From: Rhizodiscina lignyota
Lineage: Eukaryota
Assembly: GCA_010015805.1 (NCBI GenBank)
Contig: ML978140.1
Location: 186,001-250,000, forward strand
Direction of reading: 5' to 3'
DNA length: 64,000 bases
Part shown: piece by piece, positions 36,862 through 48,126 of the stretch
Layout of the letters: every line of letters begins with the position of its first letter
Position numbering within the stretch: the first letter of the stretch is position 1
Notes under the pieces: model-generated
Seen by the model: the letters and a program-made list of their open reading frames with translations, nothing else
The model's database searches: none
Told to the model about the DNA's origin: nothing
Position numbers and translations under genes: made by a program

Positions 36862-38362
36862 ATGAGTAACAGGAACTCAGCATTCGAGGAGCTGGAGGCC
36901 CTCTCAGAAGAGGGATTTGCAAAATTGGCATGGATTATGTCAAGAAGCGATACTAGAAACTTAGCAATCTTCAGGAAGTTTGGTGAACTGAACATGTTTA
37001 ACCTGTTACGTCTCCAGAGCGAGCTAATGGAGCTTCACGAAGAATTCCGGTTCTTATATAAACAGGACGAATTTGAAAAATGCCGATTCGACTTCAAAGA
37101 GCTGCGCAAGTCTGATTCTGCGCAGACGAAGCGAAGAGCTTCCAATGGGGCAGGTGCGCTGAAAGGCCCATCTGCTCCCAATGACATTGGTTTGTCTCCT
37201 GGCCTCTATCCAACTGGACAGTTCAATCCTCGAGAGGCACTCGCTCCAAACAGGACAAATTATTCACACGGGCCATTTATTCATTCCGGATCATCGGCTA
37301 GTGGATCGAATACTCTAAAAGGATCAAGCCTCCTCGATTCGCCAGCCTTCCCCAGTGAGCCATACTCGCCCACTGCTTCATACCTTCCGTTTGTACCGGA
37401 TCCGTCCAATGCGGCAGTTAGTCAAAACGAAGAAGCCTCTGATTCTGAAGACGACTATTGCAACTCGGAAGATGGAAGCTCGTACAACCCAAATGATCTC
37501 CAACGGCTATCCAAAAGAATCCAGGGAAAGCTCAGAGAATACAGTAAGTGTTTATCCCCCTATCGCCAACACCAGCTAACCCTTGAAACCAGATGAAGCG
37601 CTCTGGCAGGTCTCCCGGCTCGAGAGTATCGAGACCCCACACCTGGGAAGTCTCGAATGTCTGGAAAACTGGCTTTATCAGCACAGAACAGAAGTTGAAA
37701 GAAAGAAGAATCAAAAGTTTCTCGTCAAGGCTGACGAATTCATGTACCATGAGAGCATAAAGCTGAATGACTTCATTGCGGTCCGCGCTCCGCGGACAGA
37801 TAGGGATCCATTCCAGGAGACTCTGAGTCCAAAGATTGTAAGGATCTTAATATTCTTCCGAAATATCTTTGAACACAGGTTTCGGACCAAGGTAAATGCA
37901 GCCTGCAGGCAATCCAGGTTGACTTCAAACGCTAACCTTGAGAGAGCCTTCCAAGTCTAAAGAAGACGTCGAAGCTACGAATAGTAACTCACAAGATGCA
38001 AATGCGAAGGATAAAAAAACTCCGGAAAAGGCCGAACTCGACTACCTCCGCATCCACAAGCTGGCACGGCGAGCTTCTAAGTTCAGCGCATTTTTCATCG
38101 CCATCACTGCGGCCCTGTTTCCCGTCCTCTCCATGGTTGCACTCTATTTCATAAACCGTACAATCATTAGATTGTGGGCCCTCATAGGCCTCACTTTGGC
38201 CTTCGCCCTTGCCATAAAGCTTTTCACGGCGGCAAGGAGTTCTGACATATTTGCAATAGCTGCTGGGTAAGTACCCGCCTTTCCCCTCGAGGTCTTGCTA
38301 ACATGAACTTTAGATTTGTGGCGGTCGAAGCGATTTTCATTGGAAGCCCTGGGAAGTCATAA
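36862..38362 (+). CDS. DUF6594-family fungal membrane protein, 4 exons
   Basis: N-terminal GFAKLAWIMS..LAIFRKFGELNMFNLLRLQSELMEL; spliced KLREY|NEALWQVSRLESIETP..LENWL; C-terminal hydrophobic helices FFIAITAALFPVLSMVALYFI..LWALIGLTLAFALAIKLFT..DIFAIAAG|FVAVEAIFIGS. This is the typical DUF6594 pattern. Confidence 0.8.
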
Positions 38363-39606
38363 GCGCGCATCCGGCATCGCGTGGTCGGAGAGAATGCGCT
38401 TGGATTGAGAGAATTGATGTTGAGGTTGGATTATATAACGGCATACGAACGCCTGGCGTCTGGTTAGGCCACAATAGGAGGACCGCCCAAACTCGAGGAG
38501 GGTTTCCCTGCCCGTTGCTATTTGCGCTATCAGTAGTTTTACTGACTACAACAAAGAAATCAGAGATCTCTGCGGCAACCACAGCGTAAGCGGATACTTA
38601 TGTGCCTCTTTGCAATAACTGGTAGTTGAAAATGCAAACATGCTGCAGTTCCAGTCGTCTTTGCGACTCTTTGAATGGTAGTTTTAGATGATTATCTCTA
38701 TTCCTCGATTGGTCTTGAACAGCTGATTTGAAATAGATTAGTGTGTCGAGTCAGCCCTTAGTTAAAACAACCAATTCATCAAATTGGCTTGAGGAGAATA
38801 ATCAGATTCGAGGTAATTTCTGACAGAGAGTGAGTCATGTACTACACCATCACTTCCCTCAGAGAGCTTCCTTCCTCAATCATCGCTCCGCTCAATCATC
38901 GCTCCCGCAGCCGTGATCTATCACGAGCTGAAGAAGTACCGAAGAAGTATGAAAGGAGCCTAGTCCGCTGTATTTAGATTGCCGTCTTGGAGAAGGATGA
39001 GGCGTTAATAGAGAAGAGTTGGGGAAAAGCCGAGAACGAGATCAGGAGAATATGATGCTTCATGCTCAGGTTGAGAGCGGCATGCAGAACTGTTTTGAGA
39101 AGTGATATTGAAATTTTGCAAAGCAGCGTCTCTAGTTTGAAGGGGGTTGTTCACCCAAGTATGCCAATTTTTCAAAATCAAAGCGAATGCTTCGAGAGGA
39201 GCCCGCGAATAATCGAACAGGTACTCATTCTAGAGGGCTGGCTTAGACGTATACGGGGAACAAAGGAATTTGTGCAGCTCCCACACACTCTATGTAGTCC
39301 AGTATGTCTAGCATTCAGTTACCTCGAATGGAAGTTCAGCCGACAGTAGGACTTGACATGCGCAGCGACGCATTCAAAGTAAATGTCTTTTCGCAAGTTG
39401 GCGTGAGAAGAACAAGTAGACCCCGCGACTGACCAGGCCAACCCTTCAACATGAAGAACGAAAATGCCATCGATGAAAGATAGGGGTAGAGATGCGGAAC
39501 ACGTCGGCGCGTCAAAGTTGCCCCACGTCGACGCGAACTTCTTCCCCACTACCCACCTTTCGAATGCCTTCTATTCATCTGCTTGTTCCTATACATTACT
39601 TTCAAC

Positions 39607-40629
39607 ATGTCAGATCTAAAGCAAGACTCAAAGTACGCCATCCACGAAGCCGCTCGCGAAGGCAAAAGTGAGCATATCTCCTCTCCCTCAACTTCCCATA
39701 TTTTCTAACAATCTTTCCACCCAGCCAGCATAGTCGAAAGTCTTCTGAACGTACGTCTCTCCTCGGGCGCATCTCCTCCTGTTCCACCAGACTCCTAATT
39801 CCCATCTCCAGGCAAATCCACGCCTCGCAAACCGCCGTGATGAAGACGAGCGCCTGCCACTCCACTGGGCCGTGTCCTACAACCGCCTCCCGATCGTACA
39901 GCTCCTCGTGCAGACCAAAGACTTCCATGTTGACGCACCAGACGGCATGGGCTGGACGCCGCTCATGATGGCGGCGAGTCTGAAGGACGCGGATGACGTG
40001 GTGGATTTATTGTTAAGCAGGGACGCGGATGTGAATATAAAAAGTGAGCGGTTCCCTTAGAATTCCTGTAGACAGGAACTCGAGGAAAGACCCAAAGCAT
40101 GGATGGGATAAGACGATAGCTGACAGCAATACGGATGTACAGACAACGCCGGCCAGACTGCGCTGCACTTCACAGCCTCCAAGGCGAACCTCGACACTGC
40201 CCGAAAACTCATCGCTCACAAAGCCACGGCGCGCCAGAAAGACCGCCGGGGCCAACTACCACTGCATCGTGCGGCAGCGGTTGGATCCGTACCCATGATC
40301 AAGCTGCTGCTGGACAACAAGAGCCCGCTGAATGCCACTGATGTCGACGGCATGACTGCTCTGCACCACGCAATATCAGAAGGACATGGCGATGCGGCAG
40401 TGGCACTGCTCAAGGCGGGCGCGGAGAGCGACAAGCAGAGCATGGATGGGATGCTTGCGATCGAGCTGGCGCCGGATGCAAAGGTCTGCCAGCTCTCCTT
40501 GATTAATTTGAGGTAGTTTGCAAGTTTGACTTGAATTGTGTTGCTAATACCTATGCATTTTAGATTCGAAGTTTCATTCTCCAAAACGCGGAGCTCGAGG
40601 GTATCGATGTGGCGATGCCAGAATCATGA
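39607..40629 (+). CDS. NAS6: Ankyrin-repeat proteasome assembly chaperone Nas6 (gankyrin/PSMD10), 5 exons
   Basis: KYAIHEAAREGK, DEDERLPLHWAVS, GWTPLMMAAS, GQTALHFTASK, GQLPLHRAAAVGS, GMTALHHAISEGH, APDAK|IRSFILQNAELEGI. Confidence 0.88.
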
Positions 40630-40841
40630 GAAAATGAAAATGGCTCGAAAGTCGCCCCATGATAACCGCTAGCAATGCCCTTGTCCATCGAAAGCCAAAG
40701 ATACCCTACCCGCCAAATAAGAACCCCGAATCATACGACGAAGATGTAAAATGTCTAGCAGACTGCTCTGAAGGCATGTATGCATGCATATCAAGAAAAG
40801 AATTTAAAGAGCATGGCATGGCCGGATGAAGAAGAGCGGGA

Positions 40842-43743
40842 TCACTTCTGCGCCCTCTCCTCCGCCATCTGCCTAATAATCCCCTTCAAATCGCTCACAT
40901 CTTGCTTTAACTCCTCACACTCCTCCTGCCTCTCCCCCAGCATCTCTAGCGCCTTCTCCCACCGGTCCTTCAACTCCCCAAGCTCCTTCTCCGTGCCCTT
41001 CAGCCTGTTATCCAGGCCCCTACTCTTCTCCTCATCGGCCTCGCGCATGAGCTTCACAACCTCCGATCGCGCCTCATCCCGCTGCCCCGAAAGCCGCGAC
41101 ATCTCCTCCTTGAGCGATGCCTTCTCGGACTCAAGGCGCCGCACGGCGGCGGACATGCGCTCGACGAGCTGCACACTCGGACCGGCGTTGACTGTCGACA
41201 CGCTCATGAGGTCGGCGACGGGTGTGCCAACGCCCGCGTTGCTGCCTCTATGCTGCGGGCTTGATGTGCCTGTGGGCGGCATTTCGGATCCTAGGTCGTC
41301 GTCTGCAATAGCATCGATGCTTGGTGCCTGTAGATTCGAAGGGGAGAAGAAGCTTGAGCCATTCATCTGATGTAGGCTTATGGCACTCAGTTGCCGCGGT
41401 GACAAAATACCTGGGCTCTGGAGGTTTGACGCGGAGAGCGAGCTGGCAGAGAAAGGATGGGCGGAAGTGCGGCGCGATACAGGACGTTCGGCACCTGCCG
41501 TCGACGTGTTGACGTTCAAGCCGATATGGCTAGAATCCGGACCAGAAGACAGAGCGCGACCGCTTGGGCTGCGACGCGCATGGAGGTTGTTCAGCATGTG
41601 CAGATCTTGACCGGATGATTTACGCTGTGTGACGGAGATGGTAGGGGAGTCTGTACGGTAGCCAGGCGGCTCCATGGGCGTCTGAGCCGATGAGAACTCC
41701 AAGCGCCACTTCGTCTTCTCTTCCTCGAGCCTCTGCTGAAACTCTGCCTCCCAAACCTTCTTGTCGCTCTCGAACTGTTCACGCGCCGTGTTGAGAGTAG
41801 TCTCGGTCTGCGAAAGCCGCAGCTGAAATTTTGTGAGCTGCGCCGTCTGTTCCGCCACATCTTGTTCGAGCGTTCGCGTCCGCTCCTGCGCGCTTTCCAG
41901 TTCCTCTTCTAATCGTCGTGATTTGGAGTTGACCTCGCGGGCCTTCTTGCGCACGTCAGCCTCCCGCTTGCTGATGTCGTCGCGTTCCTTTTCGAGAGCT
42001 GCGACGCGAGCATTGAGTGTGCCTTCGATGCCCTGCCAATTCTCGCTCGCAAGGGCGTATTGTGTCTGCAGGGTCTCAATTTGGCGGAGGAGCTTCGCTT
42101 GTGAGTCGCCTGTGGCGCCGGAGGAGGCCTCTTCGGTGCGGGAGCGGAGGAGTTCCAGCTTGGTCTCTAGATTCTGCATGACTAAAAGTTAGAATAGATA
42201 TTCGAACCACTTGTGTATTACGGCGCCCCAAATGATAACATAACGTACCGTGACTTCACTTCTCAACTCAATCTCCACCATCTTCGCCCGCTCTTCTTTC
42301 CTAATGGCATCTGCTTTCGCATCTTTCACCTCGGTCTTGGCCCTGTCCTCGGCAAGCTTCTTTTCTATTCTCAGGTTCTCCAGCTCCTCTCTCAGATCAG
42401 CAACGGTCCGCTTTTCTTGCTCCAACTGTTCCTCCTTCGCCTTCTTCTCAGCATCCTCCGCGCGCCCTATCGCATCCGCAAGCTGTCGTCTCAGATCCCT
42501 AATCAGCTCTAGACTCTGCTCCTTCTCTCTCTTCAGCTCATCCACATCCTTCTCAATACGGCTTACAATCCTAATCTTCTCCTCTGCCTCCTTAATCCTC
42601 GCCTCAGCCTTCCTCCTCCCCTCCTTCTCCTCATTATATCCTTTCTCCAACCTCTCCAACCTCCTCTTCACCTCCGCCTCGCCCTTCTCCCGTGCCGCGT
42701 TCTGCGTCCGCACCTTCTTCAGCGTCTCGCTGAATTGGAACGCCTCTTTGCTCCGCGCCTCAGCCTCGCGCATCAGATCCACGATGCTCTGGTCCTTTTC
42801 TGCGAGCTTCTTCTCTAGACTGCCGGGCTCGGCATCCTCTTTCGCCTGCTTCGCCGCCTCTTCGGCATATTTCGCTAGTGCTTTGAGCTTTGCCTGTAGT
42901 GCGTCTATTCGCTCGAGGTGCGTGAGCATTTCCTCGCGGCGCTGCTTGTCTTCATCTTCACGTTCTTTTGTTATGCGTTCGAGTTCGGCTTCGAGAGTGG
43001 AGGGGGTGCGGCGGAGGGGTGTCGGCGCAGGAGGTGGTTCTGGTTCGGCAGCGGTGGAGGATTGGGATATGGCTTCGAGAGAGGGGCGGGAGGGTAAGGA
43101 GTCTTGTGAGGGTCGTGGTGATGCGGCTTCTGGTAGTTCTAATGTAGGTATGCTGGGGGCTGCTGGAGTTTCTTCGCTGGGTTGCGCTTGGCCCGTCAAA
43201 GGTTCGGCCTGAGTATCAGGCGTGTCCAGTGATTGAGTGTCCTTTTCGCGTTCTTGCTGCTCAGCTGGCGCCTCAGATATTGATATCGCATCCGATGTTT
43301 TCGAATCAATACTCATTCGCGGCGCAGCAGTTGGCTTCAGCGTTGGGCTCTGGCCTGGCGTTCCCTTCTCCGACCCTGGTGGTCTACTGCCAGCTCTTGA
43401 TCCTTCAGCGCCCTTATTCACAGCCTTTGCCAATCGCTCTTGCAGTCTGCCATTTGTCCGGCTTCGTGATGATGCTCGAGAATCTACGCTTCCAGTATTA
43501 GACGCTATACCTTGGCGTGCTTGATTACGCTCCTGAATACATACCGTCATCTCCCTTGTTCTGCGGTTCTGTTGCCTTCAATTTAGCATCTAACTTTGTC
43601 GCGGCCAGTGCCCTGGAGCGTGCTCTCGACTGATCCTCTTCAGAGAGGATGTTGTCGAGTCGCGACTCCAGGCCAGCGACTGCACCGGATAGAAACGAGC
43701 CCCATCCTCCAGCAGGCTTGTTCGACTTCTGCGGTCCGCTCAT
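40842..43743 (-). CDS. SGM1: Golgin Sgm1 / TMF1 (TATA element modulatory factor) homologue, 3 exons
   Basis: N-terminal GWGSFLSGAVAGLESRLDNIL, long coiled coils, KLLRQIETLQTQYALASENWQGIE, C-terminal GPSVQLVERMSAAVRRLESE and ALEMLGERQEECEELKQDVSDLK. Confidence 0.88.
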
Positions 43744-44243
43744 CGTTGCGGCACGGGGCGCCTCGCAAGTCCAATGGCTAGGAAACTATCTCACACGTTG
43801 TCGTCGGTGGAGGTATAAGGAGCCGCGTGGCATGGCTGCAGATGGAATCCTACTTTTCGACTGGAATGTCAGTCTTATGACATTGTTTCGGCGGTGGGTA
43901 CCAGCATGAACGGTTCGTCAACGTTCCGAGGAAACAATCGAGGGATCTCAGCAGGGTGCGGAATATCCAAGCTGCGGGGAGGCACTTCTTCCAGAAGTTG
44001 ATTGAAACTTTTGGCAACGTTTCGATTGCGTGTATATCTGCGGAGCAAGCAAGGATGGTAGGATGGGGTCTAGTTCCCTGTGTGCCTCACGCCGCGTCTA
44101 GTGAATGACACGATTGACACCTGGTGGCTGCCGGCTTGGCACGCCGCCCCGAATATCCTGATCTTGAGGGATTGGACGACCGCTCCTTGAATGCAGAATA
44201 CAACATTCTCTGTGAATTGATTCTAAGAGAGCTGAAATCCAAG

Positions 44244-45386
44244 ATGGCTGTCGCGGTAAGCACTATCTTCCATTCCACTCAGGTCTCGTCACGAGGCGAA
44301 TCAATATCTGCCAGTTGGTTGATAAAGCGGTTCAGCCTCAAATTTCGGGAAGACCAGGATTCTCAAAATAGTCATGAGAGATTCAATCAATTTCCGAAAC
44401 ACGACCAGAATGGTCCTTTTTCAATTACTACCATCTAACAGGCCTTTTACCAAAAGAGCTGGTAGCTAACCATGCCTTTCCCATACAGGCCGTAGGGCAG
44501 ATATGCTCTACCGGGAACATGCTCCACAACCTCAAGCAATGCCGAACACTTGTCCAAAAGGCTGCAGCCAAAGGCGCCAAGGTCAGTTCATTCCTGCTCT
44601 CCAAACTTCGTACGTAGCGCCAACATCTCTCCTCAGTAGGCTCTCTTCCTCCCAGAAGCGTCTGACTACATAGCTTCTTCTCCGGCGGAAACCGTGTCTT
44701 TGGTCAAGTCTGTCCAGGAGTCCGAATTCGTGCGTGGCCTCCAAGAAGAGGCTCGATCCAAATCAATCGCCATCAATGTCGGCGTGCATGAGCCGGCGGA
44801 GGGCGGGAAGAAGGTGAAGAACACATTGCTTTGGATCGATGAGAAAGGTGAAATCGTGCAGCGGTATCAGAAGTTACATCTCTTCGACGTCGAACTCCCA
44901 GGAGGGCCAGTTATCAGGGAAAGCGACAGTGTCGAAAAAGGATCGAGCATATTGCCACCTTTTGACTCGGCCCTGGGCAGGATTGGCATGACGATATGCT
45001 TCGACTTGCGCTTCCCGGAAATTTCATTGGCCCTGAAGAGGCAGAATGCCCAGGTAATAACCTATCCCTCAGCATTTACCGTCCCGACTGGTAAGGCGCA
45101 TTGGGCTCCTCTGCTGCGCGCTCGAGCGATTGAAACACAGGCATATGTAATCGCTGCCGCCCAAGTCGGGTTTCATAATGTGAAGCGTCGAAGTTATGGC
45201 CATAGCGTGATCATTAGTCCATGGGGAGAGATGCTTGCGGAGCTTGGATATGAGGAGTTGAAACGAGATGGCAATGGCGATCCGATCCCGGAAATAGCGT
45301 TTGCCGACATTGATCTAAAAGAGGTTGAGAGAATAAGGAAAGAGATGCCGCTTCTGAGGAGGACGGACATGTATCCTGAAGTGTGA
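44244..45386 (+). CDS. Carbon-nitrogen hydrolase, Nit family (deaminated-glutathione amidase-like), 3 exons
   Basis: Spliced MAVA|AVGQICST..GAK|ALFLPEASDY; catalytic triad E / YQKLHLFD / ICFDLRFPE; YPSAFTVPTG, LLRARAIETQ, SYGHS. Confidence 0.92.
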
Positions 45387-46034
45387 GAATGAGTTGATAC
45401 CGTTTGAACTCAATGGTGGGTAAGAGCAGGCTTGGCTAGAAGGCACCCATGATGGATGCCATGTGCAGTTAGCCACCTCTCAGAGACTGAATAGATAGGA
45501 CAGACTTATCAAAAAGGGGGCATCCCCCCACAAGCCCCTCCGCCATTCTCAGATCACCGCATAGACAGCTAAATACATCGCACATAGTGACACCCCAATT
45601 GACACGCTGAGCCTCGCATGTACGTCTTGTCCTCACCAACATCGCAAAGACACCAGTATAACAGAGACACCATCGCGCAACTCAACGGAAGAACCACTGT
45701 CTGGCAAAACACGACGAACAGACAAGCACTAAGCTTTGAGCCTCACTCTAGAGAGGTCCCGTTCCAGTGTTTCGTTGACCCAGACAGCGGCCGATCAGTC
45801 CAAGTCTTGCCAGATGAATCAGGCTGTGAAGTCCGTGTGACTGGCTGAAGAAGTGCACACAGCCAGCTCTCAAAATGCGTGGCTCTGAGAATGCCATCTA
45901 TGACGAAGATCCAAGTGCCGATATGATGACTTTGAACTTAGGAAGAACTTTAACGACTTCATGGTGTCGCTGCTTATTCATACCATTGCCAGGACCGTCT
46001 TCCCACCCATTCGTATCTAGGCCAGTTGACAAAC

Positions 46035-47607
46035 TCAGTCGGGTATCCAGATCAGACTCGTCGCTGCTACTTTCTCACTCTCCAAACCCAGAGTATGATT
46101 TCTCACACTACCGGAAGGTTGTCTCTCCGTTTGAATTCGCACGTCTCTCATAGACAAGTATTTGTTATCTCTCCCGCGCAACAATGGTTGTACGGGACGA
46201 CATTGAGAAACGGACAAAAGGCATCTGTGAAAACCGCTTCCTTCTCCTGAAGATGGAGGGATGGTATGTCTGCTCAAGCCAAGAAGACTCAGGGTAGGCA
46301 TGAAAAGTTCGGCGTTCATCAATCGACCTTTGCGCTGGACGCAAAGGGAGATGATTGGCACGGCTGGTCAGACAACACCTAATGGTGACAGTGCCAGGTA
46401 GCTTTTGCTGTGGCAGAGGTCTTGTGTTATTGCTAGCTCCAAAGAGCACTGAAGTGGACGTGAGGTTGGAGATTGGTTGAACATCATTCCACTGATGAGG
46501 TGAGGCGGCAGCCATATCGTACACCGAGCCCGTCTGCCCCACAGTATCTTCAAGCTTGAGAATCGAACCCACTGCCGCTTCGATAGACCGCAAAGACTTT
46601 ACTGCAAGATTCAGTGCATGGAACCGGAGCGTGGCGATGCCGCTTTTGAGAAATTCTCGATTGCTGGCTCCAACAACCTCTGTTTGATGCATATTGACCT
46701 CGCTCATGCATATCCATTGCTGCATGATTCCGGCGAGTGGATCAATGAAGCTTGCGTCGAGTTCATCGGGATCGCAATCCGTATGTAGCTGTGCCCCGTA
46801 AACAGGACAAACATCGCGCTCAATCCATGCACATCCTCAAGCAGTTGCTCCTGGTCTTATCAAAATGACAGGCGCCATGTAAGACGCGTAGAAGACGATG
46901 GCTCAAAGCTTTCCAATACTCACAGATGGACATTAGTGTAACTGGCAAGCAGCATCCTTCAACAGCATCAAGAACCCAAGCTCTCCTCGCCATTCCGCTT
47001 GGCAACATGGTTCACAAAACTGTCTATTCGTGACCAGAGTCAAAGTCCGCTGAAGAGCTCGACGCGCGTTCTCGCATGAGAAGCTTGACCCGCTTGGGCG
47101 CATGAACTTCTCTCCAGTTGAGCCCAGAAGACCCATTCGGACGCCGACACGCGCTTTCAACCCCATCACATCGCGCATCTACCACAAGCAGCGGCCCATA
47201 AGAGCCATAGCAAGCTTCGACAGCAAGTTCAGCGAGCCTAATCGCAAACACGTCGACAACTATAATCCGCGAGACTGACTTGCAATCTGAAAGGAATGCA
47301 AGGACCGAAGGATGATTAGGGTTAAGTTCCGAATCCCATTCTCTCGAACTCAGACAAACACGGTTCTGCGCAGAACATGACCAAAAGACCGTGCTACGAG
47401 GCTCGGGTGATGCTGCGAGATGACGCGTGAATGTGGGTGAGAAGAGAGGTGCCAAAGCACATTCCAGCCTTTCAGCCAGAAAATGGGAGACGGGGACTGT
47501 GGGGAGAGCACGGTGCGGTGGGTCTGTTTTTGGTCGAGAGACTGTTGGAGGAGGAGAAAGAGCAGAGGACGCGTCGAACCCGTGTCGTCGATTTCATAGT
47601 GTGTCAA
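46035..47607 (-). pseudogene. Possible degenerate gene relic
   Basis: Chain of overlapping or abutting minus-strand ORFs in shifting frames (47350-47607, 47024-47455, 46820-47008, 46165-46725) in a 2.7-kb gap. No family recognised and no clean intron model found. Confidence 0.2.
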
Positions 47608-48126
47608 TCAAGCGGAGACAGCAAGAATTGATGATCAGGTAGTGACAAGAGTAGAAAGAGCAAGGCAAGACCAAAGTTGAAGTCGAATGCGGGGAGAATG
47701 CTTGTGAGAGAGAAGGGAAGTTGGACCAAACATGAGTGGCTGGTAAAATAGCAGCAACGCGTGTGCACGTGCTCTCGGAGTGTGGTGGGGTAATCTCGGG
47801 ACATCTCCGGCAATACTTTCAACCTTTCACGACGGACAGGGGCGGATATGGACGGTGGGCGCGAAGCAATAGACGCTTCCTCGATCTCTCTAAATGTAAA
47901 CCCATATCTGTACCCCGGGATCTGTGGGAATGGTCTCGCTTATATTGAACTGTAAATTCCCCGACCCTCGTGATTTATCGAGGTCTCCTTCCTAGCAAAG
48001 TGAAATACTCTGTACGTGTGGCAATCGATCCAAATTGCCTTAAGAAACACGAGAAAGGCTCAAAATACGTTCCGACGATCCTCAGATTTTCTTAGTCTCT
48101 TCACACTCTTAACTTCAACTACAAAC

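Noticed and set aside
38875..38906. 16-bp tandem duplication CTCAATCATCGCTCCG and similar 9-12-bp duplications (~33861, ~36011, ~55147)
   Set aside because: Two-copy slippage duplications without spacers; not CRISPR-like or otherwise informative.
40780..43212. Long plus-strand ORFs (196 aa, 320 aa), Ser/Phe/Leu-rich
   Set aside because: Antisense shadows of the Glu/Lys-rich Sgm1 coiled coil.
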